Source of the DNA: Demequinaceae bacterium | GTDB lineage: Bacteria > Actinomycetota > Actinomycetes > Actinomycetales > Demequinaceae | Length of the DNA: 32,000 nt | Reading direction: 5' to 3' | NCBI GenBank assembly: GCA_965250005.1 | Contig: OZ252279.1 | Location: 1,920,001 to 1,952,000, forward strand | Shown here: positions 9,301 to 18,185 of the stretch, in pieces | How the letters are laid out: each line of letters begins with the position of its first letter | Position numbering within the stretch: position 1 is the stretch's first letter | Program-made: the position numbers and the translations under genes | The notes under the pieces: generated by a model | Database searches by the model: none | What the model was told of the DNA's origin: nothing | The model's input: only the letters and a program-made list of their open reading frames with translations

Positions 9301-9657
9301 CTAGCCGGTGACGGTGAAGTCAACATCGAAGCCGTGCTCGGCGGCCTCGGGCTCGCATTCGACGATATACGTGCCTGCGGCGAGCGTGACAGTGAGGTCG
9401 CGGGTCAGGCCGGGGCCGATGTGCTCGACCTCTGCGACGATGCTCTCGTCCGGGTTGAGAACGTAGAGTTCGGTCTCGCTGGAGCCGTCGTTTTTCACTG
9501 AAAAGGTCACGTTTCCGGCGGGCGCCGTTGTCGCGGACAGGTCGCAGGCGGTATCTGTGGACGATACTGCAATCAGTTCGCCGTCGGCGGCGGGCGCACA
9601 CGCGGTGAGAGCGGACAGGGCTATTACGGCTGCGAGAGTGGGTAAACGGTGGGTCAT
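9301..9657 (-). CDS. Cupredoxin-like (EfeO N-terminal 'Cup' domain-like) lipoprotein
   Basis: 118-aa ORF with a signal peptide and lipobox (LSALTAC). The single beta-sandwich pattern GNVTFSVKNDGSSETELYV...GPG...TLAAGTYIVECEP resembles the EfeO Cup domain. It lies 8 nt downstream of efeU. Confidence 0.7.
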   Translation of the reverse strand: MTHRLPTLAAVIALSALTACAPAADGELIAVSSTDTACDLSATTAPAGNVTFSVKNDGSSETELYVLNPDESIVAEVEHIGPGLTRDLTVTLAAGTYIVECEPEAAEHGFDVDFTVTG

Positions 9658-9665
9658 GGGGTTCC

Positions 9666-10538
9666 TTACTTAGTGGTGGCTCGAGCGCGCGGCTGTGGGG
9701 ATGGTGATGCGGTGGTTGCGTCGCCTCGTGCTTCGGACGGCGCAAACGCCACCCGGACGAACAGCACGAGCGTCGGAACCGCGTAGGCCACCCATGCGAT
9801 GGCTTCAAGAATGGTGGTCTGCGGCGAGAAGTTGAAGATTCCCTTGAGCGCGGTGCCGTACCAGGACGAGGATGGCACCTGGGCCGAGACGTCGAACGCG
9901 AGCGTGTTCAGCCCCGGCAGGACGCCCGCCTCCTGGAAGTCGTGGATGCCATACGCGAGCACGCCGGCCGCGACGATCACGAGGAAGACGCCAGTCCATT
10001 GAAAGAACTTGGCGAGGTTGATGCGCAGCGCGCCGCGGTAGATGAGGTAGCCCAGGACCACGGCGGTCGCGAGACCAAGGACGGCGCCGGCGATGGGCGC
10101 CGTGCTGCTGCCTGCGGCGGAGATCCCGGCCCACACGAAAAGTGACGTTTCGATGCCCTCGCGCCCGACGGCTACGAACGCGACCACGGCGATCGCGCCG
10201 GTGCCTACGGCGGCTGCGGCGTCTAGGGCGGTCTCCAGTTTTTCGCGAAGAAAGCGCGCCGTCTTGCCCATCCAGAAAATCATCCACGTCACCAGTGCTA
10301 CGGCGACGATGCTCATCGATCCGCCGATGATCTCCTGCGCCTCGAAGCTGAGGCCCCGCGGTCCCCACGTGAGGAGGGCCCCGAGTCCGAGCGAAATCCC
10401 AATGGCGGCCCACGTTCCGAGCCAAACGCCGCGCAGCTGCTGGCGGCGGTCGGAGCGCACCAGGTAGGCGACAAGTATGCCGATAACGAGCGCTGCCTCA
10501 AGGCCTTCGCGAAGGCCGATCAGGTAGTTCGCCATCAT
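9666..10538 (-). CDS. efeU: FTR1/EfeU family high-affinity iron permease
   Basis: 290-aa polytopic ORF with two RExxE iron-binding motifs (REGLEAAL near the N-terminus, REGIETSL mid-protein). A GGAG RBS lies upstream of ATG 10538. Confidence 0.9.
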   Translation of the reverse strand: MMANYLIGLREGLEAALVIGILVAYLVRSDRRQQLRGVWLGTWAAIGISLGLGALLTWGPRGLSFEAQEIIGGSMSIVAVALVTWMIFWMGKTARFLREKLETALDAAAAVGTGAIAVVAFVAVGREGIETSLFVWAGISAAGSSTAPIAGAVLGLATAVVLGYLIYRGALRINLAKFFQWTGVFLVIVAAGVLAYGIHDFQEAGVLPGLNTLAFDVSAQVPSSSWYGTALKGIFNFSPQTTILEAIAWVAYAVPTLVLFVRVAFAPSEARGDATTASPSPQPRARATTK

Positions 10539-10559
10539 GGTCCGGGCTCCTCAGAACGG

Positions 10560-10601
10560 GTTAGTGAGGCAAACCTAACCTGGGCCGTGGGGACTTGTCA
10601 A
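10560..10601 (-). promoter_or_regulatory. Candidate efeU promoter with overlapping DtxR/IdeR-like operator
   Basis: On the minus strand, TTGACA (10601-10596) is followed by an 18-nt spacer and TAGGTT (10577-10572). The 19-mer TTAGGTTTGCCTCACTAAC (10578-10560) matches the DtxR/IdeR consensus at 13 of 19 positions and overlaps the -10. GGTTAG/CTAACC arms are also present. Confidence 0.35.
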
Positions 10602-10660
10602 AAATACGGAACCATGGTGTTGCGTAATTCGTGGCCGGAGGCGCAAGCCGCGCACGGCGC

Positions 10661-10897
10661 CTAGCGCAGCGAGTGGCGAAACGCTGCGTCGCCGCGGCTC
10701 AGTGCGACTGCCCGGCGGCCGCGCATGGTGCGCGACCTGTCCATCCACGCCGACGTGGGAGAGCCGGGCTCTTCGTCTTCGTCGATGGCAGATGTGTACG
10801 CGACCATCCCCGCCACAAGCGCTGCGAGCTCGGCCTCGTCCGGGGTGCCGCGCACCACGCGCAGGCCGCCGGCGTGGGGATCTCTGAGTGGGCTCAC
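10661..10897 (-). CDS. accE: Acyl-CoA carboxylase epsilon subunit
   Basis: 78-aa ORF with the [19 protein letters not shown] motif typical of actinobacterial AccE. The GTG start overlaps the accD stop (GTGA). Confidence 0.8.
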   Translation of the reverse strand: MSPLRDPHAGGLRVVRGTPDEAELAALVAGMVAYTSAIDEDEEPGSPTSAWMDRSRTMRGRRAVALSRGDAAFRHSLR

Positions 10898-12510
10898 AGG
10901 GGGATGTTCCCATGCTTCTTGGGCGGAAGTGACGCCCGCTTGGATCGCAGCGCGCGGAGCGCCTTGACCACGTGGGCTCGGGTCTCGGCGGGCTCGATCA
11001 CGGCGTCGACGTACCCGCGGTCGGCCGCGTCGTACGGATTGACGATTGTCTCCTCGTACTCCTCGGTGAGGCGACTGCGTTCCGCCTCGACATCGCCGCC
11101 TTCGTCAGCGATTGCCGCGAGCGCCCGCCGCTGCAGGATGTTGACGGCTCCGCCCGCGCCCATCACGGCAATCTGCGCGGTGGGCCAGGCGAGGTTGACG
11201 TCCGCGCCCAACTGCTTGGACGCCATGACGATGTACGCGCCGCCGTACGCCTTGCGTGTGATGACGGTGACTAGAGGGACGGTGGCCTCGGCGTATGCGT
11301 AGATCAGTTTGGCGCCGCGGCGGATGATGCCCTGGTGCTCCTGGTCCGTTCCCGGCAGGAAGCCAGGGACGTCCACGAAGGTGAGAACGGGGATGTTGAA
11401 CGCGTCGCACGTGCGCACGAACCTCGCCGCTTTCTCTGCCGCGTTGATGTCGAGTGTGCCCGCCATGGACTGCGGCTGGTTTGCGACGATGCCGACGGAG
11501 TGGCCCTCAACGTGGCCGAAACCAACCACAATGTTTTGCGCGTACAGCGGCTGGACCTCGAAGAACTCGCCGTCGTCCAAGACGGCCTCGATCACCGTCT
11601 TCATGTCGTACGCCTGGTTGTCACTGTCCGGGACAACAGAATTCAGCGCTTTATCCCCGTCGGTGTGCTCGAGGTCAGCCTCGTGCTCCCAAATGGGGGG
11701 ATCGCTCAGGTTGTTCTGGGGGAGAAACTGGAGGAGGTGTTTGACGTAATCGATTGCGTCGTCCTCGTCGCTTGCGAGATAGTGCGCGACACCAGACTTG
11801 GAGTTGTGGGTAGCGCCGCCACCCAGCTCCTCGAACGTGACCTCTTCACCGGTGACCGATTTGATGACGTCGGGACCGGTGATGAACATCTGGGAGGTGC
11901 CGTCGGCCATGATGATGAAGTCCGTGAGTGCCGGCGAATAGACAGCGCCACCTGCGGACGGGCCCAGAATGATTGAGATCTGTGGGATTACGCCGGAGGC
12001 CGCGACGTTGCGGCGGAAAATCTCCGCGAACTGCGTAAGAGCGGCCACGCCCTCCTGGATGCGCGCGCCTCCGCCGTCGGAGATGCCGATGAGAGGGACG
12101 CCCGTGCGCAGGGCGAAGTCCTGGATCTTGGCGATCTTCGCGCCGTGAACCTCCCCGAGGGAACCCCCGAAGAGTGTGAAGTCTTGTGAGTAGACGGCCA
12201 CCTGGCGGCCGTCAATTGTTCCGTACCCCACCACTACGCCGTCCCCGTATGGGCGATTCTTCTCGAGCCCAAAGTTGGTGGAGCGGTGGCGCGCGAGTGC
12301 GTCGATCTCGGTGAACGAGCCCTCGTCGAGGAGCGCGTCTACGCGCTCGCGGGCGGTCTGCTTTCCGCGGGCGTGCTGCTTCTCCGACTTGGCGGCCTCG
12401 GGTCCCGTGACGGCCAGATCCACGCGCGATTGCAGGGCGTCGCGCGCGCCTTTGGTGGACTTGCTGGCGGGCTTGACCGCTTTGGCGGCTTTGGTCTTTT
12501 TGGTGCTCAC
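10894..12510 (-). CDS. accD: Acyl-CoA carboxylase beta subunit (carboxyltransferase, AccD5/PccB type)
   Basis: 538-aa ORF with both carboxyltransferase halves ([12 protein letters not shown]..., GGARIQEG, ...[11 protein letters not shown]). A GGAGG RBS precedes GTG 12510. Confidence 0.95.
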   Translation of the reverse strand: MSTKKTKAAKAVKPASKSTKGARDALQSRVDLAVTGPEAAKSEKQHARGKQTARERVDALLDEGSFTEIDALARHRSTNFGLEKNRPYGDGVVVGYGTIDGRQVAVYSQDFTLFGGSLGEVHGAKIAKIQDFALRTGVPLIGISDGGGARIQEGVAALTQFAEIFRRNVAASGVIPQISIILGPSAGGAVYSPALTDFIIMADGTSQMFITGPDVIKSVTGEEVTFEELGGGATHNSKSGVAHYLASDEDDAIDYVKHLLQFLPQNNLSDPPIWEHEADLEHTDGDKALNSVVPDSDNQAYDMKTVIEAVLDDGEFFEVQPLYAQNIVVGFGHVEGHSVGIVANQPQSMAGTLDINAAEKAARFVRTCDAFNIPVLTFVDVPGFLPGTDQEHQGIIRRGAKLIYAYAEATVPLVTVITRKAYGGAYIVMASKQLGADVNLAWPTAQIAVMGAGGAVNILQRRALAAIADEGGDVEAERSRLTEEYEETIVNPYDAADRGYVDAVIEPAETRAHVVKALRALRSKRASLPPKKHGNIPL

Positions 12511-12548
12511 AACAGGAAACCTCCTAGAACTAGACGTAGCCTATCCGG

Positions 12549-13424
12549 ATGAGCAATGAACCTGGCCAAACCGGCGCCCAAACTGAGACCGCGTCTCGGG
12601 CACCCCTAGACGCGGTCGCTTTGATGGAGGAGCTTAGCGGGCCACGCGGGCCGCTCTCCCAGATCAGCGTGGTGCCGTTCTCGGAATCCACGAACACTGC
12701 CGTGGTGGAAGCGCTCGATATCGATGGCCAAGGCTGGCCGCACTTGTCAGCGCTGGTCGCCGACCATCAAACCTCCGGCCGCGGTCGGAGCGGGCGCACC
12801 TGGGATACACTCCAGGGCGCCGCGCTGACCGTTACCTTCGTGCTCCGCCCCACGGGAATCGCCCACGCGAGTTACGGGTGGGCGCCGCTGGTCGTTGGCC
12901 TTGGTGTGATCAGGGCACTGGCGGCATTTGGCGTTGAGGCGCGACTCAAGTGGCCCAACGACGTTGTCATTGAATTCTCTAGCGCCGATGCGGTGCCGGG
13001 CTGGGGTACTAACCGCAAAGTCGCGGGAATCCTGTGCGAGGTTGTGGGCCAGGCAATCGTCGCGGGCATTGGCATCAATGTGTCTCAGATTGAGTCCGAA
13101 CTTCCGGTGCCGCACGCTACCTCCCTTCTCGAGGCGGGTGCCGATAGCGCCGCAAGGGGCACGTTGCTTGGCGTGCTCGCTGGCGAAATCCGCGATGCCG
13201 TATCGAATTGGGAGCGGGATACGGGTGTTCAATCCGTAGCGCGGCAGGTCGCGGACGCGTGCGACACGATCGGTCGGGATGTTGTCGTTGACATTCCGGG
13301 AGGCGCGCCTGTGACGGGCCGCGCTACCGGGCTCTCAGAGGACGGCGGGCTGCTAGTCGATGTTGGGGAGCCTGAGCCGCGCGTGATTCTCGCGGGCGAC
13401 GTGCGGGTGCGCGCCCGAGGCTAG
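12549..13424 (+). CDS. birA: Biotin--[acetyl-CoA-carboxylase] ligase (group I, no N-terminal HTH)
   Basis: 291-aa ORF with the biotin-binding signature GRGRSGRTW and KWPND. It is divergent from accD with only a 38-nt spacer. Confidence 0.9.
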   Translation: MSNEPGQTGAQTETASRAPLDAVALMEELSGPRGPLSQISVVPFSESTNTAVVEALDIDGQGWPHLSALVADHQTSGRGRSGRTWDTLQGAALTVTFVLRPTGIAHASYGWAPLVVGLGVIRALAAFGVEARLKWPNDVVIEFSSADAVPGWGTNRKVAGILCEVVGQAIVAGIGINVSQIESELPVPHATSLLEAGADSAARGTLLGVLAGEIRDAVSNWERDTGVQSVARQVADACDTIGRDVVVDIPGGAPVTGRATGLSEDGGLLVDVGEPEPRVILAGDVRVRARG

Positions 13425-13554
13425 GATTCGTCCGGAATATAGACGCTAACGGTGTGAATATTCCAACGCTTCCCTTTCCGGACAAATCGCAGTTGTCGTG
13501 GCAACATGTGATGTGTGGGCCGTGACGGCGGACTGCGAGATGCAAAGGAGTTTC

Positions 13555-13929
13555 ATGAGCGCGCAACCGGTGAGTAGGGTCCCCAGATTTGGGGAAGAGG
13601 ACTTCCTCCCCAATCGCCGAGCCATGGCGGCGCTACCGCTCACGGTCATGTACTGGGCGCTCATCTTCACTGTCGTATTCTTCGCCACCCGCGACTTTGA
13701 TTTTGAGGACTCGGTCGCTGCATCTGGGTACATCGGTGCCCTGCTCATCACGTTCATGATGATCATTTTCTTCATCATTCCGTCTGCGCTGGCTGGCGGC
13801 CTTGCTCGCCTCACGATCGAGCCCGCTTTGCGCAATGACAAACTTCGAAATGCCGCCCTCACGTTCACTGGCATCGTCGTGGTGGGCTCGCTTTCGATTG
13901 GGTGGGCCGTCTTTACTGGAGGGCTCTAA
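13555..13929 (+). CDS. Small integral membrane protein, unknown function
   Basis: I prefer ATG 13555, which has an AAGGAG RBS 4 nt upstream, over the GTG at 13498. This gives 124 aa with three hydrophobic helices. By hand count on 13621-13800 the G+C is ~57%, lower than in neighbouring genes. Confidence 0.7.
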   Translation: MSAQPVSRVPRFGEEDFLPNRRAMAALPLTVMYWALIFTVVFFATRDFDFEDSVAASGYIGALLITFMMIIFFIIPSALAGGLARLTIEPALRNDKLRNAALTFTGIVVVGSLSIGWAVFTGGL

Positions 13930-14555
13930 TGGCCCAGATAACGCGCGCAGGCAGAGAGTTGCTTGGGGAAATATCGGTTGCGCTGCGCGGCGAGGATCTC
14001 GCGGGACGTTTCCCCACGGTCGCCAAGGTAGTTGGGCCGCAGACGCACCGCGCGTGGGCCGCCGCAGCGATGGGCATCGCCATATTCTCCGTCCTGTTCT
14101 GGGCTGCGACGGCCGCGGGGAAAGGGCGGTTGGAGCTTTCCGAGGACGCGGAGTTGGGGTCGTATCCCAACCTCGTAGTTATCTCGTACTTCGCCGTCAC
14201 GGTGATACTCGCCCCACTTGTCGCGCAGACTGTAGGCGCCTGGCTGGAAAACTGGAGCGCGCGCCTGCAGAAGGACGACTCCGTGCTGCTGTTTATTGCG
14301 CTCGGGCTGGTGCTTGCAGTCCCCCCGACGCTGCTAATCGCCTTTGCCGCGCCAGAGGGATTCGCGATCGGCCCTGCGGTATGGCTCTTTGGGGCGCCCG
14401 TTGTGCTCGCGACGTCGATCACACGCGGTTACCTGGACGCGGTGCTGCGCCGCCCCCGCTATGTGAGTGCCGTTGTGAGCCTCGCGGTGCTCCCACCCGT
14501 GATCGTGGTCCTTTTCCTGCTCGGCCTCTATGTGGCGCAGGGCTCCCAAGCTTAG
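13929..14555 (+). CDS. Integral membrane protein, unknown function
   Basis: ATG 13929 overlaps the upstream TAA (TAATG), giving 208 aa with about five hydrophobic helices. No motif was recognised. Confidence 0.7.
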   Translation: MAQITRAGRELLGEISVALRGEDLAGRFPTVAKVVGPQTHRAWAAAAMGIAIFSVLFWAATAAGKGRLELSEDAELGSYPNLVVISYFAVTVILAPLVAQTVGAWLENWSARLQKDDSVLLFIALGLVLAVPPTLLIAFAAPEGFAIGPAVWLFGAPVVLATSITRGYLDAVLRRPRYVSAVVSLAVLPPVIVVLFLLGLYVAQGSQA

Positions 14556-14571
14556 GGCGGAGCCGCGCGGG

Positions 14572-15273
14572 CTAGCTGGCTGGCTCGATTAGCCCGGCGT
14601 GGTTGTTGCGCACATTGCCCACGTCTCCGCCCACGCGCGTCACGTCCATTGGGGGTGGCGTGGACGCGATTACCACCTGCAGCTCGTCTGGATCGCTCTC
14701 CACGTCGAGCCACGCGTCGCGCGCATCGGCCCCGAGCATTACGGGCACGCGGTCGTGGATCCGCGCCATGTCCCCCATCGCCTGTGCCGTGAGGATGCTG
14801 AAGGTCACCAGGGCATCGTCGCCCTGATCCGGCCAGAACTCGTACAGCCCGGCGAAGGCGACGGGCGTGCCGTCTGCGGCGTGAATGAAGTACGGCTGTT
14901 TGCCGTCCGGGTGCTTCTGCCATTCGTAGTAGCCGTTCGCGGGGACCAGGCAGCGGCGGCGCTTGTACGCGCTGCGGAACGACGGCTTCTGTGCAACCGT
15001 CTCCCAGCGCGCGTTGAACATTCTGGAGCCGATGCTCCGGTCCTTGGCCCACGAGGGGACGAGGCCTCAGCGAGCGGTTTGGAGGCACCGGGTGCCCGCC
15101 GGGGAGTGGGAGGCTCCCTCGAGCGCCACCGCTGGGACGATGATTCTGGCCGACTGGGCGGGCGCGATGTTCCAGGACGGTGGGAGCAGGCGGGCGTCGT
15201 CTGCCGCAGATGTGATCGCAAACGTGTATTCGAGTTCGCGCTGCTCCAGGAAGTCTGCGAATCTGCCACACAT
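14572..15273 (-). pseudogene. SOS response-associated peptidase (SRAP/YedK/HMCES family) interrupted by one in-frame TGA
   Basis: Two ORFs in the same frame (15273-15067 and 15021-14572). The first begins MCGRF, with the catalytic Cys2 of SRAP. Reading through the stop at 15069-15067 gives ...TAR*GLVPSWAKD...NARWETV...RRCLVPANGYYEW, i.e. TGA where the family has the Trp of 'RWGLVPSW'. Confidence 0.85.
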
Positions 15274-15443
15274 GACTTCAGGCTCTCACGTGGCGTTGCG
15301 GCGAGCCGCGATTCTTGCTGTTGTGGACCCAAGCAGCTATTGGTAATCTTGACGACCATGGCGAAGGAGCCGACCGAGCCGCCCCCGAGCATCAGTCTTG
15401 ACGCGGCGTTTTCCGAGCGGCAAGACGGCGCGAACAGGCCGTC

Positions 15444-18185
15444 ATGACTCCGTCCGGGCGCTCGCGGGCAGGTGCGACCACCGTCATCCTCCTTGCGTTC
15501 GTCGGCGTGATTTTGTTTGGGCCCCTTGGCTATTTGCTCGGGAATCGCACGCATTCCGACGCGGGAGTTCAACCGCCCCGCTATTCGACCGAGGTGGCGG
15601 TCGTGACTGTGCTGCCGGGTGCACCATCCGAAGGCGAGCGGACCTACTCTGTCGACGTCGCGGCCGCAGGCCTGATCGCAGAGGTCATCCTGCTCGCTGC
15701 TGGCGAAGAGGTCGCGCGCCTGGAGCCGGATGGCAACCCGCAGGTGCTTCGCACGGCATTCGCCACGGCGGCCGAGGGGCCGATCGGGGCGGTCGTCGTC
15801 CTTGTTGACGGACGAACCTCGGAGTCGCCCACGGTTTCGACGCGGTCGCAGTCCACGGATTTCGAAGCGCGCCTGGGCAACGACGGAGTGCAGCGGGACA
15901 CCGAGGCCGGGCTGGTTGACGCCAACCCCGACGAGCTGCCGATTCTGCGGCCCCGGCTCGCGACGGCCGTGAACTGGGAGGGACCAGCCCGGATTGTCGG
16001 CGGGCTACTCCAGGTCGATGATCCCGGGGTTTCGCGAGTTTTCGCCTACGTCTCGGGTGACGGAGTCGATTGGCACCGCATCCCAGCCGGGGCGGGCGAG
16101 TCGCTCGCACTTGTGGATGGGGTCGCGGATGTAGCAGGGCGCCTACCCGCGCTCGCGTCGCGGTCTCTGACGGTCGAATTGTGGCGTGACGACACTGAGG
16201 TCAACCACCTGGGGTTTGCGACGGCCACGTTGCCCGCCGATCTCGAGACGGCGAGCGCGATGACGGAGATCGGGCTGACTGGCCGGCTCGAGCTCGGATT
16301 CGTGGCTCAAGGTGCCTTCGGCCGAGGCGCGGAAGTACTCGTGGAGTCTGCCGTGTTACCGTCCGTGGACGCGGCGGACGAAATGTACTTCCGCTGGCAG
16401 ACCGACATCCCGGGCGTGACCCACGTGCTGTGGCAGGCGTTCCCCAACTCGCCCGCGATCATCGGGCCGCCCAGTCCGACAGACCTGGGGGTCGCGAGGT
16501 CGGGAATCTCGGAGGTGAGTTCTGGCGGACTCTTCCGGTTCGTTCCGCCCGATCGTGACCAGAGTGCGGTGTCGTCCGGGGATCCCACTGATGGCACCGC
16601 GGCAATCTCGCAGTGGATGCTCAACCCCACCCGCACGGCCGGACAGGTCGTCGCCGACGGCCCTCTGGCCAATGCGCTACCGCTGGGCGGCGCAATTCCG
16701 CTACCCAAAGACGGCGTGACTTCTTGGACGGTGCGCGCGCTGGCCTTTTCGGGTGACGAGTACCTCGACATCGCTTCGAACCCCGTTGTGGTGCGCCTCC
16801 CAATTCTCGAGTGGTCGGGACTCCTACTTCCGACCACGAACTACACGATCGCCGCCTCGGCGGATTCGGTGGCCGCAGTCGACCCACGTTGGCAGCGATG
16901 TTTCGATGTTGTTGGCATCGATCCAACGGTACGCGCGGATGCGGAAAACTCCAGCCCCGAGGCTGCGCTGCAATACGCGATCCTTGATTCCCTTCTGACG
17001 CATGGGTCTGTGCTGTGCCTGAACGTTTGCTACCACGCGAGCGTGAGCTCAGACCTTCTCTTGGCGGCGTACCCGGGATTCTCAGCAGCGGGGGTCAGCG
17101 CAGGAGGGCAAACGAACATCAAGATCGCGACCGGCACCGCGACGTGTGATTCTGGCGGCGGCTTCCTCGATGTCGTCGGCGCTTTCGGGACGGCCGTATG
17201 GGAAGTAGCGGGTGTGGGGTACGACCTCGTGGAGTCCACGTACAACGGCGCCGTGAAACTCGTGAAGAAGGCCGTTCTGGAGCTGTCCGGGTGCAAGCAG
17301 CTCGCGGGAGCGGTCGCCGACCAGTCGGACGCGGACAGCCTTTGCGCGGCCGCCGCGAGCATCGCTGTCGACGCGGCGCTGATGTCGGTGGGGCTCCCGC
17401 CCTCGCTACCGGACCGCGAGAAGTTGATTCAGAACGCGAAGGGTGATCTGGCCGCGTTACTCGTTCAACTAGCCACCGACCAGGGTGTGCCGTGCGAGGA
17501 GCTTGCCGCCGCGTCGGATGTGATCGACACCAAGGGGCTTACTTGTGAGCAGATCGCCGACAAGATTGTCGAGGAAGCCTCCGAGCAGCTCGCCGACGCG
17601 GTGCGCGCGAACGCGCGGAACCAGGGAATGCCGTTCCCACCCGGCGTCTCGGTCATCCAGGACACGCGCGCCACACCTGACCTGCTCCCGGTGACGATCA
17701 CCACGATCGCCGAGTCGGATCTTCCACCCGGGCGGACGTGTGACGCGCAAGTTCACGCCTTCGTGAAGTGGACGCCATCGGCGCATCCATCGGTCCCGTT
17801 CGTTGGGGCGCTTTACGCCGAGCCAAGGCCGTTTGCGCTAGCTGGCTCCGCCCCGTGGGCCATCCCATACCGTGAATACGTTGGCGCCTATCGCGCTCAA
17901 GGCCTGCGGCTCGCGCGGCCTGCTGCCGGTGAGACTACCGCCAGCACCACGGTCTATCTCGAATTGGCTGGTGGCGCGTTCCAGGATGTCGTCGCGTTCC
18001 GTGATCGGCCGTCGCCTTTCGCAGGCGCGGATCCAATCCGCGATCAGTGGAACGTAGCGGGCGACGTTGTGCTTCAGCGGCCCGGCGCGAAGATCAATGT
18101 GACCGTGGTCAGTGACTGTGCTGGCCTAGCGTTCGCGGATACGACGGTCCACTTCGGCTCGCTGTTTCCCGGAGGTACCGGGTGA
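15444..18185 (+). CDS. Large N-terminally membrane-anchored extracytoplasmic protein, unknown family
   Basis: 913-aa ORF with a single N-terminal TM (TTVILLAFVGVILFGPLGYLL). The N-terminal ~480 aa looks beta-rich and has no Cys. The C-terminal ~430 aa contains all 10 Cys and a helical Ala/Leu-rich segment. The stop overlaps the next start (GTGA). Confidence 0.8.
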   Translation: MTPSGRSRAGATTVILLAFVGVILFGPLGYLLGNRTHSDAGVQPPRYSTEVAVVTVLPGAPSEGERTYSVDVAAAGLIAEVILLAAGEEVARLEPDGNPQVLRTAFATAAEGPIGAVVVLVDGRTSESPTVSTRSQSTDFEARLGNDGVQRDTEAGLVDANPDELPILRPRLATAVNWEGPARIVGGLLQVDDPGVSRVFAYVSGDGVDWHRIPAGAGESLALVDGVADVAGRLPALASRSLTVELWRDDTEVNHLGFATATLPADLETASAMTEIGLTGRLELGFVAQGAFGRGAEVLVESAVLPSVDAADEMYFRWQTDIPGVTHVLWQAFPNSPAIIGPPSPTDLGVARSGISEVSSGGLFRFVPPDRDQSAVSSGDPTDGTAAISQWMLNPTRTAGQVVADGPLANALPLGGAIPLPKDGVTSWTVRALAFSGDEYLDIASNPVVVRLPILEWSGLLLPTTNYTIAASADSVAAVDPRWQRCFDVVGIDPTVRADAENSSPEAALQYAILDSLLTHGSVLCLNVCYHASVSSDLLLAAYPGFSAAGVSAGGQTNIKIATGTATCDSGGGFLDVVGAFGTAVWEVAGVGYDLVESTYNGAVKLVKKAVLELSGCKQLAGAVADQSDADSLCAAAASIAVDAALMSVGLPPSLPDREKLIQNAKGDLAALLVQLATDQGVPCEELAAASDVIDTKGLTCEQIADKIVEEASEQLADAVRANARNQGMPFPPGVSVIQDTRATPDLLPVTITTIAESDLPPGRTCDAQVHAFVKWTPSAHPSVPFVGALYAEPRPFALAGSAPWAIPYREYVGAYRAQGLRLARPAAGETTASTTVYLELAGGAFQDVVAFRDRPSPFAGADPIRDQWNVAGDVVLQRPGAKINVTVVSDCAGLAFADTTVHFGSLFPGGTG

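Noticed and set aside
14552-15271. A 239-aa ORF in an alternative frame spanning the SRAP locus, which might 'rescue' the interrupted gene.
   Set aside because: Its translation is Arg/Pro-rich with no SRAP motifs. The SRAP motifs lie in the other frame on both sides of the single TGA.
15274-15357. Searched upstream of the SRAP gene for a LexA/SOS box (GAAC-N4-GTTC), given the family name.
   Set aside because: No such motif is present in the 84-nt upstream region on either strand.
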